64,000 nt of DNA from Hemiscyllium ocellatum (Eukaryota): the NCBI RefSeq assembly GCF_020745735.1, contig NC_083409.1, positions 16,044,789-16,108,788 of the forward strand, written 5' to 3'. Positions within the stretch are counted from its first letter, which is position 1; every line of letters begins with the position of its first letter. The translations under genes and the position numbers were made by a program. Positions 45,626 to 59,199 of the stretch are shown here, piece by piece. Below the pieces are notes generated by a model. It made no database searches and was not told the origin of the DNA. It saw only the letters and a program-made list of their open reading frames with translations.

Positions 45626-45859
45626 ATATCAATAACACCACCAATTTATGTGGCCTCTGAAAACTTTTGAATTATACAATCACAGTCAATTTGTTAATGT
45701 AGATTACAAACAGCAAGGGTCCCAGCCCGAATCCCTGTCTTACACCACTGGTCACGGGCTTCCAATCACAAAGACAACCCTCCACCATCACTCTTTGCCT
45801 CATATTTGGATCCAATTTGCCAAAATGCCTTGGATCCCATGGGCTCTTACCATAACTCC

Positions 45860-48800
45860 AGGAAAGGCAAGAGAGGTAGGCAAGTAGTGCAGGAGTCTTC
45901 TGTGGCTATTCCCATTTCAAACAAGTATGCTGTTTTGGAAAATACAGGGGTACTTAGCATGAGCAGACAAGTTTCTGGTATTGACACTGGCTCTAATGTA
46001 ATGGGAGGTACGTCAGATTCCAAACGATCGACTGTGTTAGGGAACTCTCTAGCCTGAGGTACAGACAGGCGTTTCTGTGGCCAGCAGCGAAAAATCAGAA
46101 TGGTGTGTTGCTTCCCTGGTGCCAGGATCAAGGATGTCTCAGGGAGGGTGCAGAAAGTTCTTAAGGTGGAGAGGGACCAGCAGGAGGTCATTGTACACTT
46201 TGGAACCAACGACATAGGAAGGGAAAAGGTTGAGATTCTGAAGGGAGATTGCAGATAGTTAGGCAGGAATTTAAAAAGGAGGTCCTCAAGGGTAGTAATA
46301 ACTAAATTACTCCTGGTGCTATGAGCTAGTGAGGGCAGGAATAGGAGGATAGAGCAGATGAATGCATGGCTGAGGTGCTGGTGTATGGGAGAAGGATTCA
46401 CATTTTTGGATCTTTGGAAGCTGTTTTGAGGTAGAAATGACCTGACGGATTGCACCTAAATTGGAAGGGTACTAATATACTGGCAGGAAAATTTGCTAGA
46501 GCTGCTCGGGAGGATTTCAACTAGTAAGGTGGGCGGGTGGGACCCTGGGGGAGATAGTGAGGAAAGATTTCAATCTGAGATTGGTACAGTTGAAAACAAA
46601 GGCAGGTCAAACAGTCAGGGCAGGCGGGGACAAAGCAGAGAACAAGGTAGGACTGATAAATTAAAATGCATTTATTTCAATGCAAGAGTCCTAACAGGGA
46701 AGGAAGATGAACTTAGGCCGTGGTTAGGAACATGAGACTGGGATATCATAGCAATTACAGAAACATGGCTCAGGGATGGACAGGACTGGCCGTTTAATGT
46801 TCTAGGATACAAATACAACAGGAAGGACCGAAAGGGAGGCACAAGAGAGGAGGGGGTGTGGCATTTTTGATAAGCATTACAGCTGTAGTTAGGGAGGATA
46901 TTCCCGGAAATACACCCAGGGAAGTTATTTGGGTGGAACTGAGAAAAAGGAAGGGGATAATCACCTTGTTGGGATGATATTATAGCCCCCCTCCAGTAGT
47001 CAGCGGGAAATTGAGAAACAAATTTGTCAGGAGATTTCAGCTATCAGTAAGAATAATGGGGTGGTTATAGTAGGGGATTATAACTTTCCAAACATAGACT
47101 GGGACTGCCATCGTGTTAAGGGTTTAGATGGAAAGGAATTTGTTAAGTGTGTACAAGACAATTTTCTGATTCAGTATGTGGATGTATCTACTAGAGAAGC
47201 TGCAAAGCTTGACCTACTCTTGGGAAATAATGCAGGGCAGGTGACTGAGGTGTCAGTGGAGGAGCACTTTTGGTCAGAGACCATAATTCTATTCATTTTA
47301 AAATAGTGATGGAAAAGGATAGACCAGATTCAGAAGTTGAACTTCAAAATTTGTAGGAAGGCTAATTTTGCCAGTATCAGGCACAGTGGCACAATGGTTA
47401 GCACTGCTGCCTCACAGTTCAATTCCCACCTCAGGCAACTGTCTGTGTGGAGTTTGCACATACTCCCCAGGTCGGCGTGGGTTTCCTCCGGGTGCTCCGG
47501 TTTCCTCCCACAGTCCAAAAATGTGCAGGTTAGGTGAATTGGCCATGCTAAATTGCCCATAGTGTGAGGCTAAGGGGTAAACGTAGGGGAATGGGTCTGG
47601 GTAGGTTGCTCTTTGGAGGGTCCGTATGGACTTGTTGGACTGAAGGGGCTGTTTCCACACTAAGTAATCTAATCTAAAACTCTGAAAAAGCTGATTGGGG
47701 GAAGTTGCTCTCAGGTAAAGGGACAGCTGGAAAATGGGAAGCCTTCAGAAATGAGATAACTTGAGTCCAGAAAACGTATATTTTAATTAGGGTGAAAGGA
47801 AAGGCTGGTGGGTGAAGGTAATATTGGATGACAAGAGAAGTTGAGGGTTTGGCTAAGAAAAAGAATGAAGCATATGTCAGGTATGGACAGGATAGATTGA
47901 GTGAATCCTTAGAGGTATACAAAGGCAGTAGGAGTATTCTTAAGAGGGAAATCAGGAGGGCAACAAGGGAACATGAGATAGCTTGGGCAAATAAGGTTAA
48001 GGAGAATCCAGAGGGGTTTTACGAATACATTAAGGACAAGAGGGTAACTAAGGAGAGAATAGGGTCCCTCAAAGATCAGCAAGGCGACCTTTATGTGGAG
48101 CTGCAGGAGATGGCGCAGATACTAAATGAGTATTTTGCTTCAGTTTAACTGTGGAGAAGGATATTGAAGATATAGAATGTAGGGAGATAGATGGTGACAT
48201 CTTGAAAAATGTTCACATTACAGACGAGGAGGTGCTCGATGTCTTGAAATGCATAAACGTGGATAAATCCCCAGGACCTAATTAGGTGTAACCTAGGACT
48301 CTGTCAGCAGCTAGGGAAGTGTTTGCTGGGCCTCTTACTGTGATATTTATATCCTCAATAGTCAAAGATGATGTGCCAGAAGACTGGAAGTTCACTAATT
48401 GGTGCGACTATTTAAGAAAAGTGGTAAGGACAAGCCAGGGAACTGTAGACCAATGAGCCAGACGTCGATTGTGAGGAAGTTGTTGGAAGGAATCCTAAGG
48501 GACAGATTGTCCTTATATTTGGAAAGGCAAAGACTGATTAGGGGTAGTCAGCATGGTTTTGTGCATGGGAAATCATGTGTCACAAACTTGATTGAGTTTT
48601 TTGAAGAAGTAACAGAAAGAATTGATGAGGGCAGAGCGTTAGACAGGATGTGGTTGGACTTCAGTGAGGCGTTCGATAAGGTTCCTCATGGGAGACAGGT
48701 TAGCAAGGTTAGATCTCATGGAATACAGGAGAACTAGCCATTTGGATACAGAACTGGCTCAAAGGTAGAAGACAGAGGGTGGTGGTGGAGGGATGTTTTT

Positions 48801-49815
48801 CAGACTGGAGGCCTGTGACCAGTGGAATGTCATAAGAATTGGTGCTGGGTCAACTACTTTTTGTCATTTACATAAATGATTTGGATATGAACATAGGAGG
48901 TAGAGTTAGTAAGTTTGCAAATGACACCAAAATTGGAGGTGTAGTGGACAGTGAATAAGGTTACCTCAGATTACAACAGATCTTGATTCGATGGGCCATT
49001 GGGCTGAGGAATGGCAGATGGAGTTTAATTTAGATAAATGCAAGGTGCTGCACTTGGGAAAGAAAATCTTAGCAGTACTTATACACTTAATGGTAAGATC
49101 CTCGGGTGTGTTGCTGAATAAAGAGACCTTGAAGTGCAGATTCATAGTTCCCTGAAAGTAGAGTTGTAGGTAGATAAGATAATGAAGAAGACATTCGGTA
49201 TGCTTTTCTTTAATGGTCAAAGTATTGAGAATAGGAATTGGGAGGTCACCTAGGCCACATTTGGAGTATTGCGTTCAGTTCTGGTCTCCTTCCTATCAGA
49301 AAGATGTTGTGAAACTTGACAGGGTTCAGAAAAGATTTGCAAGGATGTTACCAGGGTTGGAGGATTTAAGCTATAGGAAGAGGTTAAATAGGCTGGGGAT
49401 GTTTTCCCTGGAGTGTCCGAGGCTGAGGAGTGACTTTACAGAGGTTTATAAAATCATGAGCGGCATGGATAGGGCAAAGAGACCAAGTCTTTTCCCTGGA
49501 GTGGTGGAGTCCAGTAATAGAGGGCATAGGTTTAGGGTAAGAGTGGAAAGATATAAAAGAGACTTGAGGAGCAACTTTTTCACGCACAGGGTGGTGCGAG
49601 TGCAGAATGGGCTGCCAGAGGGAGTGGTGGAGGCTGGTACAATTGCAACATTTAAAAGGTATCTGCATGGGTATATGAACAGGAAGGGTTTGGAGGGATC
49701 TGGGCCAGGAGTTGGTAGGTGGGACTAGATTGGTTTGGGATGTCTGGTTGGCATGGACAAGTTGGACCGAAGGGTCTGTTTTCATGCTGTACATCTCTTT
49801 GACTCTGTGACTCTA
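45860..49815 (+). mobile_element. Near full-length decayed CR1 LINE: ORF1 SGNH-esterase region + ORF2 (EN, RT) + 3' tail
   Basis: VLGNSL..RMVCCFPGARIKDV..VIVHFGTNDI (46030-46220), LKCIYFNAR (46660), GDYNFPNIDW (47061..), LDFSEAFDKVPH (48399..48737), RPHLEYCVQFWSP...NGLPEGVV (49213..49728). Confidence 0.92.
47381..47675 (+). mobile_element. HE1-family SINE inserted in CR1 ORF2
   Basis: gcacagtggcacaatggttagcactgctgcctcacag head, V-SINE core and taatctaatcta tail. The CR1 sequence (KANF.SIR|..EKADW) resumes on both sides. Confidence 0.9.
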
Positions 49816-50699
49816 GGAGGAGGCTGTTCAGCCCGTCATGTCAATGCTAGCTGTTTACTAACCTCACTCACAATGAACATCTCTGTTGAATGTCTATTGT
49901 TGGGAAGTAGTTGAATCTGGTTTTAGAGACAGAATGTCTGACAAATATGAACAGATCAGAGTAAGTCAGCATGGATTTAAGAAGGGCCAGACATCTTTAA
50001 TTAACCTGGTTACATGTTTTAACGAGGTCACTAATGTGTGAAATAAGGGAATGTTTTGTTTATATGGACGTCCAGATGACATTCAAGGTAGTTCCACACA
50101 AGTGTTATAATGTTATAGTTGGAACAAAGAGAAGACAGATAAACATATTCTGGATCTTTCTGCACAAATGAATTCTCAAATAAATCTCAGACATGTTGGT
50201 GAACTTGGGGTTTTATCAGAGGAAGGAGCTGAAGGAAATCAGTTATTGGAGGAGAATGATTCTGGGAAGATTAAAGTGTGTTAAATCAGCAGGGCCAAAT
50301 AATCTATTTTCAGGAGTGCTTCAGGAAGTGGTTGGAAAATATGAGAAACATTGATGGTTATCTGTTTGTCGACTGTGGAATCGGTCCTACAGAGTGGAGG
50401 GAGTTAATTTAACACAATTATTGAAAGAGAGAGAGAGAGGTTGGGGGGGGGAGCGGAAATAAGAAATTTTAGACCAATTAGCCAGAAATCAGCAGTGGAG
50501 AAAATGCCCAAGTTCATGATAAAATATTTTATAGCACAACACTTTGAAAACAGTGACAGAACTGGACAGAGTCAGCATGGATTGTCGAAAGGGAAATCGA
50601 CTGGAATTGTTTGAGGATGTAGTGAGTGGATTTGATAAGGGGGGGGCCGTGGATATGGTTGATTTGGACTTTGTAAGGGGAGTAGATCGGCGGTTCTGT

Positions 50700-53600
50700 G
50701 GTCAAAAACAAGACTCACGAATAGCATGTTGCCTCCCAGTTGTACGGGTCAGGGATGTCTCAGATTGGCTGCAGGACATTCTGAAGGGGGAGGTGAACAG
50801 CTAGCTGTGATGGTGCGTGAAGGGACTGATGATATCAGCAATAAATGGGATGGGGTCCGACAAGCAGAATTTAGGGAGTTAGGAACCATATTAAAATGTA
50901 GGATCTCAGAGGTAGTAATCTCAGGATTGCTCCCAGTGCCATGTGCTAGTCAGAGTCGAAATGAAAATATAGGCAGGATGAATGTGTGGCTTGAGAGATG
51001 GTGCAGGAGGGAGGGGTTCAGATTTTTGGGACATTGGGACTGGTTCCTGGGGAGATGGGACAATTACAAATCGAGCGGTCTACACCTGGGCAGGACTGGA
51101 ACCAGTGTCCTGAGGGATGTGTATGATCACGCTCTTGGGGAGGGTTCAAAATAGTGTAGCAGAGGGATGGGAACCAAATGAGGAAGTTAGTGGGCAATAA
51201 TGAGGGAGTAACTAAAGCCTGTCATGAACTAGATATTGAAGTCAGTGTGACTAAGGTTAAGAGTAGGTAGGGAGCAGATGATGAACGCAAAGGGACAGAT
51301 GGTCTGAGGTGCATTTGTTTTAATGTGAGAAGTGTAGTAGGTAAGGCAGAGGAATTTAGGGCTTGGACTAGTATCTGGGAGTATGATGTTATTGCTATTA
51401 CTGAGACGTGGTTGAGGGAAGGGCAAGATTGTTAACTAAATATCACAGGATACAGATGTATCAGATGGGTTTGAGAGGGAGGTAAAAGGGATGGAGGAGT
51501 TGCATTACAGGTCAGAGAGGATATCACAGGTGTGGTGAAGGAGGGCACTATGGAGGACTCGAGCAGTGGGGCAATATGGGCAGAGCTCAGAAACAGGAAA
51601 GGTGCAGTAACAATGTTGGTGCTATCCTACAAGCCTCCTAACAGTGAACCTGCGATAGAGGTACAAATATGTAAACAGATTATGGAAAGATGTAGGAGTA
51701 ACAAGGTGGTGGTGATGGAAGATTTTAATTTTCCCAACATTGACTGGGATTCACTTAATGTTAGAAGTTAACATGTAGCAGAATTTGTAAGGAGCATCCA
51801 TGAGAATTTTACAGAGTAATGTGGAAATAGTCTAACTCAGGAAGGGGCCATACTGGACCAGGTATTGGGGAATGAGCCCGGTCAGGTGGTTGAAATTTCA
51901 GTCGGGGATTACTTTGGAAGAGTGATCACAATTCCATAAGTTTTACAATGCTCATGGACAAAGATGAGAGTGGTCCTAAAGGAAGAGGGTGAAAGTGGAG
52001 GAAGGCCAACTATCCCAAAATTTGGTAGGAGCTGGGGAATGTGGATTGGGAGCAGCTGTTTAAAGGGAAATCCACATTTTATATGTGGGAGGCTTTTAAA
52101 GAGAGGATGACTGGAGTCAGGACAGACATGTCCCTGTGAAAATAAGGGATTGAAATGGCAGGATTAGGAAACGCTGGATGACAGATGAAATTGTGAGACT
52201 AGCTAAGAGGAAAAAGGATGCATATATAGGGTCTGAAAACAGGCTGAAAACAGGCAAAGCTTTGAAAGAATATCGTAAAAGTAGGACCAATCTGAAGTGA
52301 GGAATTAAAAGGGTTAAAAGGGGTCATGAAATATCATTAACAAACAGGATTAAGGAAAATCCCAAATCCTTTTATTCATATATAAGGAGCAAGAGGATGA
52401 CTCGAGAAAGGGTTGGCCCACTCAAGGACAAAGGAGGGAAGTTATGTGTGGAGTCAGAGAAAATGGATGAGATTCTTAATGAGTGCTTTACGTCGGTATT
52501 CACCAAGGAGAGGGAAATGACAGATGTTGAAGTTGGGGATAGATGTTTGATTACTCGAGGTCAAGTCGACTTAAGGAGGGAGGAAGTGTTGGGTATTTTA
52601 AAAGGCATCAAGGTGAACAAGTCCCCAGGTCAGGATGGGATCGATCCCAGCTTACTGAGGGAAGCAAGAGAGGAAATAGCTGGGGCTTTAATCGATATCT
52701 TTGTAGCAACCTTGAACATGGATGAGGTCCCACAGGACTGGAGAATTGCTAATGTTGAAGAAGGGTAGCCAGGATAATCCAGGTAACTATCAACCAGTGA
52801 GCCTGATGTAGTGATAGGGAAGCTGCTGGAGAAGATACTGAGGGATAAGATCTATTTACATTTGGAAGAAAATTGACTTATCAGTTATATGCAGCATGAC
52901 GTTGTGCAGGGAATGTTATGTCTTACCAACTTTATAGAATTTTTTGAAGAACTGATGAAGTTGATTGAGGAGGGAAGGGCTGTGGATGTCATACACATGG
53001 ATTTCAGGAATGCGTTTGATAAAGTTCCCCATGGCAGACTGATAAAGAAATTTAAGTCGCATGGGTCTAGAGTTACTCACGAGATGGATAGAGAACAGGC
53101 TGGGCAACAGGAGACAGACAGTAGTAGTGGAACGAGTTTCTCAAAATGGAGAACAGGAATCCGTGCTGGTACCACTCTTGTTTTTGATATACATAAATGA
53201 TCTGGAGGAAGGTGTAGGTGGTCTGATTAGCAAGTTTGCAGATGACACTAATATTGGTGGAGTAGCAGATAGGGAAGGGGACTGTCAGAGAATGTGGCAG
53301 AATATAGACAGATTGGACAGTTGGGCAGAGAAACGGATGGATGGATTTCAAACCAGGCAAATGCGATCTGATGAATTTTGGAAGATCCAAATCTGGAGTA
53401 AACTTTACGGTGAATGCAACACCCTGGGAAAATTGATGCCCAGAGAGACCTGGGTGTTCAGGTCCATTGTACCCTGGAGGAGACAACACAGGTCGACAGA
53501 GTGGTCAAGATGGCATATGGCATACCTTCCTTCACCAGACGTGGTATTCAGTACAAGAATTGAAAGGTCATATTAGAATTATATCAAACTTTGGCTTGGC

Positions 53601-54110
53601 CACATTTGGAATACTGTGTACAGTTCTGGTTGCCACATTACCAGAAAGATGTGGATGCTTTGGAGAGGGTGCAGAGGAGGTTCACCAGGATTGCCTGGTA
53701 TGGAGGGCACTAGCTATGAAGAGAGGCTTAGTAGATTAGGATTATTTTCATTAGAAAGTCAAATGTTGAGGGGGGGAACCAGATTAGGGTCTACAAAATC
53801 ATGAGAGGTATAGACAAGGTGGATTGCAAGAAGCTTTTTCCCAGAGTGGGGGACTCAATTACTCTGGGTCATGAGTTCAAAGTGAGAGTGGAAACATTTC
53901 AGGGAGATATGTGTGGATAGTTCTTCTTGCCAGTGGAGGTGATAGAGGCAGGCATGATAGCATCATTTAAGATATATCTAGATAGATACATGGATGGGCA
54001 GGGAGCAAAGGGAGACAGAATCTTGGAAAATTGATGACAGGTTGAGATGGAGGATATGGACCAGTGCAGACTAGTAGGGCCGAAGGGCCAGTTCTTCTGC
54101 TGTAATTTTC
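50700..54110 (+). mobile_element. Second long decayed CR1 LINE (ORF1 esterase end, EN, RT, 3' end)
   Basis: ISGLLPVP...NVWLERWCRREGFRFLGHW (50726..51154), EDFNFPNIDW (51532..51771), KSPGQDGIDP (52397..52768), MDFRNAFDKVPH, LISKFADDT (53061..53576). Confidence 0.9.
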
Positions 54111-54129
54111 GTTGCTCTTTGTTCTTTGA

Positions 54130-55390
54130 ACTGAAGAAGTTCAAAGGAACAGAGTGATCTTGGAGTGCTTCTCCACTGATCCCTGAAAATGGCAAGACAG
54201 GCTAACAGAGCAGTTATGAAGGCATAGGGGACACTTGCCTTTGTCATGTCAGGTGTTGGTTATAAAAGCAGGAGGATAGTAGAACATTGGTTAGGCCACA
54301 GCTGGAGTACTGTGTGCAGTTCAGGTCACCACACTGTAGGAAGGATGTGATTGCACTGGATGGGGTGCAGAGGGGAATCACCAGGATGTTGTGTGGGATG
54401 GAACCTCTCAGTGATGAAGAGAAATTGGATCAGCTCGGGTTGTTTTCTTCAGGGCAGAGAAGGTGGAGGGGGGCCCTGATAGAGGTGTATAAGGTTATGA
54501 GGGGAATGAACAGGGAGGAGAGAAAGCAGCTGTTCTCTTTCATGGGAGGGTCAGTAACACGTTGACTCACATTCATTGTGAAAGGTAGGAGGTTTCAAGA
54601 TGTTTTGAGGAAAATGTTTTTCATCCAGAGAATGGTGTGCATCTGGAATGCACAGCCTGGGAGGGGAGTTGAGGTGGGAAATCTTACAAATTTTAAAATG
54701 TTCTTGGGTGAGCAGTTGAAATGTCATAACATTCAAGCTGTGGGCCTCATGTTGGAAAGTGGGACTGGTGTAGGGTTAGTGCAGTTTGGCTGGTACACAG
54801 TTAATGGACTGAAGGGCCTCCTCTGTACTGTGTGATTTTATGATTCTGTCGTGGGTAGTTTCGGGCTCCTTATCTGAGGAAGGATGTTCTGGCTGTGGAG
54901 GGAGGGCAGCGAAGGTTTACTAGACTGATTCCTGGGAGGACAGCACTTAGATCTGATGAGAAACTGGATCAGTTAGGATTATATTCATTGGCACTGAGAA
55001 GATTGAAAGGAATCATATTGTAACCTTGAAAATCCGAACAGGACAAGACTAGAGCAACACAGGGAGGATGCTCCTGATGACTGGGGAATCCAGAACTACG
55101 AATTATGGTTTAACGAAAAGTGAAAGGTTATTTCAGACTGAGCTAAGAAGACATTTCTTTAGCCAGAGAGTGGGAAGCTAGTGGGAGATTCTGTCACAGA
55201 AAGCAGTTGAGCCCAAAACATTCAATATTTTCAAGAGAGGATAAGTATATTCTTCGGACTAAAGGGGTTAAATTTTATGGAGAAAAAATGGGAGCAGGGG
55301 ACTAAGTTGGATGATCAGCCATGGTCACATTGAATGGCAGAGCCAACTCGAAGGGCTGAATGGCTTCCTCTTGCTCCTAGTTCCTTTGTT
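54130..55390 (+). mobile_element. Two further CR1 3' fragments
   Basis: VRPQLEYCVQFRSPHCRKD (54287..54565) and a second 3' end finishing aagggctgaatggcttcctcttgctcc. Confidence 0.8.
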
Positions 55391-55469
55391 TCTATGTTTG
55401 AGAGACTGTTCATAAACATGGAAACATATGGAATTATAGAGTCTTAGAGCCATCGAGTCCTGCAGCACA

Positions 55470-56300
55470 GAGACAGGCCGTTTGGCCCAAACTGGACCGT
55501 GCTGACCAAAATGTCCATCCATGCTAACCCCATTTCCCTGCACTTGACCCATATCCTTCAAATGTTTTCCTATCTATGTATTTGTCCAAATGTCTTTTAA
55601 ATGTTGTTAATGTATCCACCTCAATCACTTCAGCTGGCATCTCATTCCACATGCGTGCCGCCCTCTGTGTAAAAATGTTGCCCCTCAGGTTCCCTTTTAT
55701 TCATTCCTCTCCAACACTAAACTGATGCCCTCTCATCCTCGTTTCCCCAACCCTGTCCATGTCTCTCATGATCTTATACACTTCTAAAAGTTCCCCCACC
55801 AGTCTCCTACGCTCGAAGAAAAAAGTCCAAATTGCCTAACTTCCCCCTATAACTCAGATTGTTGAGTCCAGGCAACATCCTTGCAAATTTCTTCTGTACT
55901 CTTTCTGGTTTAGTAATATCCTTCCTATAACAAGGTGACCAAACTGAATACAATATTCCAAGTGTGACCTCACTGACATCCTGTACAAGATTAGAGATTA
56001 GATTCCCTCCAGTGTGGAAATAGGTCTTCAGCCCAACCAATCCACACCGATACTCTGAAGAGTAACCCACCTAGACCCATTTCCCTCTGACTAATGTACC
56101 TAAGACTATGGCCAATTTAACATGACCAATTCACCTGACCTGCACATCAAACTTACTAATCATGCCTTACAGTTTCTCATCCAAATCATTAATATTGATA
56201 ATAAACAGTAATGGGTCAGCACTGAGCCCTGAGGCACTCCACTCAACACAGGCCTCCAGTCTGACAAGCATCTTTCCAATATTACCTCTGCTTCCTATCA
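55470..56300 (-). mobile_element. CR1 3' fragment with HE1 SINE tail (~55990-56150)
   Basis: Minus-strand CR1 tail tggatggacattttggtcagcacggtcc, ORF 55807..56070, and SINE tail gattagagattagattccc. Confidence 0.75.
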
Positions 56301-57020
56301 TCAAGAAAGTGATAGAAAATTATTTGTCTTGGGTTAGGAATTAGTTTGGAGGTAGGAGACAGAGAAGAGGCATAATGTGTGTGCTCTCCAATGAACAAGA
56401 TGTGAATAGTGGTGTCCCCAGGGATTTGTGCAGGGGCCTCAGTATTTCACGATATTTCTCAATGACTTGGATGAAGGAATAGAGAGCCAATTATCCAAGA
56501 TTGCTGACCACATGGAGTGAGGCAGCTTGGAGGAGGTTACAGAGATAGGGAGGGTGGAGGGCAGAGAGGGATTTGAGAACAAGGATGAGAATTTGAAAAT
56601 CGAGGTGTTGCTCGACCAGGAGCCAATATAGGCACGGGGTGCAGGGGGTTGTGGGAACGGGACATGGTGCAAGTTTGGATACGGGCTGCAGAATTTTGGA
56701 TGAGCTGAAGGATACGGAGGGCAGTGGCTGTGATGTGCATCAGCCATTGGAATGGTCATGTTTGGAGCCCCATAAACATGGCTGAGATTTTCAGTGGCTG
56801 ATCTTTGTGATATGGAAGATACGGGTCTTAGATCATTCTCAAACATGAGACCCAGTTTGTAAAGAGTCTGGTTGAGCAGCAGACAGTGCTCAGGGAGAGG
56901 GATGGAGCTTATACCAGGATCTGAAGAGGATGGCTTTGATCTTCCCAATATGTTTCACAATGAGCCTGGCTCCTCAGTCCTGACTGCTCTTAGCTGCTGT
57001 GATTGTCACTGATTAGACAC

Positions 57021-57144
57021 TTATTATTAGAGATTCTGACCACAGCAGAAAGCCCCAGTGTAAAAAATAACTGCAAAGACTGTCAGAGCACAAGGTTGAA
57101 ACTTCACCAAAAGAGGAAGTGAAAGAAGGAGCTCGGAGCAGCTG
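57021..57144 (+). promoter_or_regulatory. Candidate B-cell enhancer upstream of V2: MEF2-type (57021-57030), RUNX (57038-57044), EICE (57113-57124), E-box (57139-57144)
   Basis: TTATTATTAG, GACCACA and AAAAGAGGAAGTGAAA-gaaggagctcggag-CAGCTG. Inverted copy of 34551-34674. Confidence 0.7.
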
Positions 57145-59199
57145 GGTGTTTGTTACTGAGACGGGAGAAAACTGTGAACTGTCTGCACTCCCTGGAATCT
57201 GACAGCACAGGAGGCTGGTTCTAGGATTTATTTTTTGCAGAAACAGCACAGTTTTGGAAAAAGTGTCAGTCACTCTCTCACAAACACACACGCCTGCACT
57301 CGGAGATCAGAAACAGAATCCAGCAGCAGCTCTGTCTCCAAGCTGTGAAACCTGCACAGAATTTTTCCCTCATTCAGTTTTAACTGGCAGGATAGACCAA
57401 GCAGGGGAAGCAACACAGTGGTGTGTACAGTCGGAAGGGAGTTGCCCTGAGAGTCCTCACCATTAACTATGGAATCCATGAAGCCTCATGACAGGAGGTC
57501 AAACATGTGGAAGGAAACCTCCTGCTGATTACCACATAGCACCGCCCTCCCCTCCAACCTCAACTGAACAGTCAGTCCTCCTCCATGTTGAACAACACTT
57601 GGAGGGAGCACAGAGAATGGGAATGATGCAGGATATACTCTGAGTAACGGATTTCAAAGCCCACCATCAAGAGCTGCTCAGAAACATCACTACTGAGCAA
57701 ACTGGTCACGCTCCACCTGATTCAGCTGCTAGACTGGACCTGGGGCAGGTGGTGAAGGGAACCAACAAGAGGGAAAAACATACTCACTATCACCCTCACC
57801 AACCTGCCTGCTGCTGGTGTATCTGTCCATGATAGTATCAGTAAGGGTGACCACCGCACAGTCCGTGTGGAGACAAGATCCAATCTTCACATTGAGATTA
57901 CCTTACATTCTGTTGGGCAAGAGATATGGAATGTCAGAAAGAACTTTGATTTTAGCAGCAATTGGTAATGACTTCGAAATTAGTGCCCATTCAGGTGAGA
58001 CAGGTGAAGACACTCAGTGATTGCAATGGCAGATTGGATGGGGTCTTGATGAAAATAAACCTGCAAGGCTCTGGGGGTCAAATAGTGGAGGGGGTGGGAC
58101 TGACTGGATTGCTCCATGAAATGACAGCATTTACCTGACAGGCTGAAAGTTCTCCCCCTGTGCTGGAAATAGGTCTCACTCAATGAGGGGTTCACAATTA
58201 GTGAGTTTGGATGCAGTAAATACAGGACAAATTGTTTCTCCAGGCAGGAGGGTCAGTAACCAGAGGGCACACATTTCAGAAAGAGTCTAAAGCACAAGAG
58301 AGAAGATAGGAACATTTTTTATCCAGCGAGTTCATGATGACTGTCTGCAAGGTGAGTGGAAGTGGATTCAACAGCAACTTTCAAAAGGGCATTTGGAGAA
58401 ATAGCTGAAAAGGAAACAATTGCAGGGTTATACAGGAAGGGCTGGGGAAATGGGAACTCATTGGACTCATTTGTCTAACAGTCACAATCAGCCCAGTGAC
58501 CTCTGTCTGTGCTGTATAAGAGCTTACACACACTTAGACTCACCTTTACACAAAGACTGGGAGAAACAGACAACCCAGTTTACAGAAGAGTGTTTTCTCA
58601 AGGAAAACTTTCTTGAACCAACTCAGGGAACAGGCCAGACTAGATTTACTGATGAGGAATAATTCAGCAAATCAATGGCAAGGGAACAGTGAACCAAAAG
58701 TGATGGGATTGAACAGTATATTCAATAGCACAACCATTCAGAGGGGGAGGGATCAAGGGCAGGAGATCAGAGAGCATGCTGTAGGGGTCTGAAGGCTCTG
58801 CTGTCAATGGTGGGATGGAGCAAGCAGCAATGGACAGGAGCCCAGAGACAGAAGATGGAAGGGGGAGGGAGGGAATGTGAGTCTGCAGCAGGACACAGAC
58901 AGAGGGAGGAGGGAGGCTATGGAGGCAATTGGCTGGCAGTGAGGTCAGGGGTCATTCTGGAATGACAGATGGATGAGACAGGGAAGGGCCCACTCCATAT
59001 CAGACAAGTTGGAGTTTATGGAATATGGCTTTAGGAAGCTGGGAGAGGACATTGGAATCATAGAGTTAGGGGGCAGGACGAGCAGGAATTAGGGTTTCTG
59101 TGGTCAAGGGGCTGAAGTAGTGCAGAGACAATGTTGTTGAGATTGAAATAAGAGGCATACGTGATGGAGAGGATGTGGGGTTTGCAGCGCAGGTGCTGG

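Noticed and set aside
13845-47675. tRNA-like A/B boxes at SINE heads as tRNA genes
   Set aside because: They continue into the V-SINE core and CR1-derived tail and do not form a cloverleaf.
58258-58271. taaccagagggcac as a second CTCF site
   Set aside because: It mismatches the first two core positions and is standard CR1 3' sequence.
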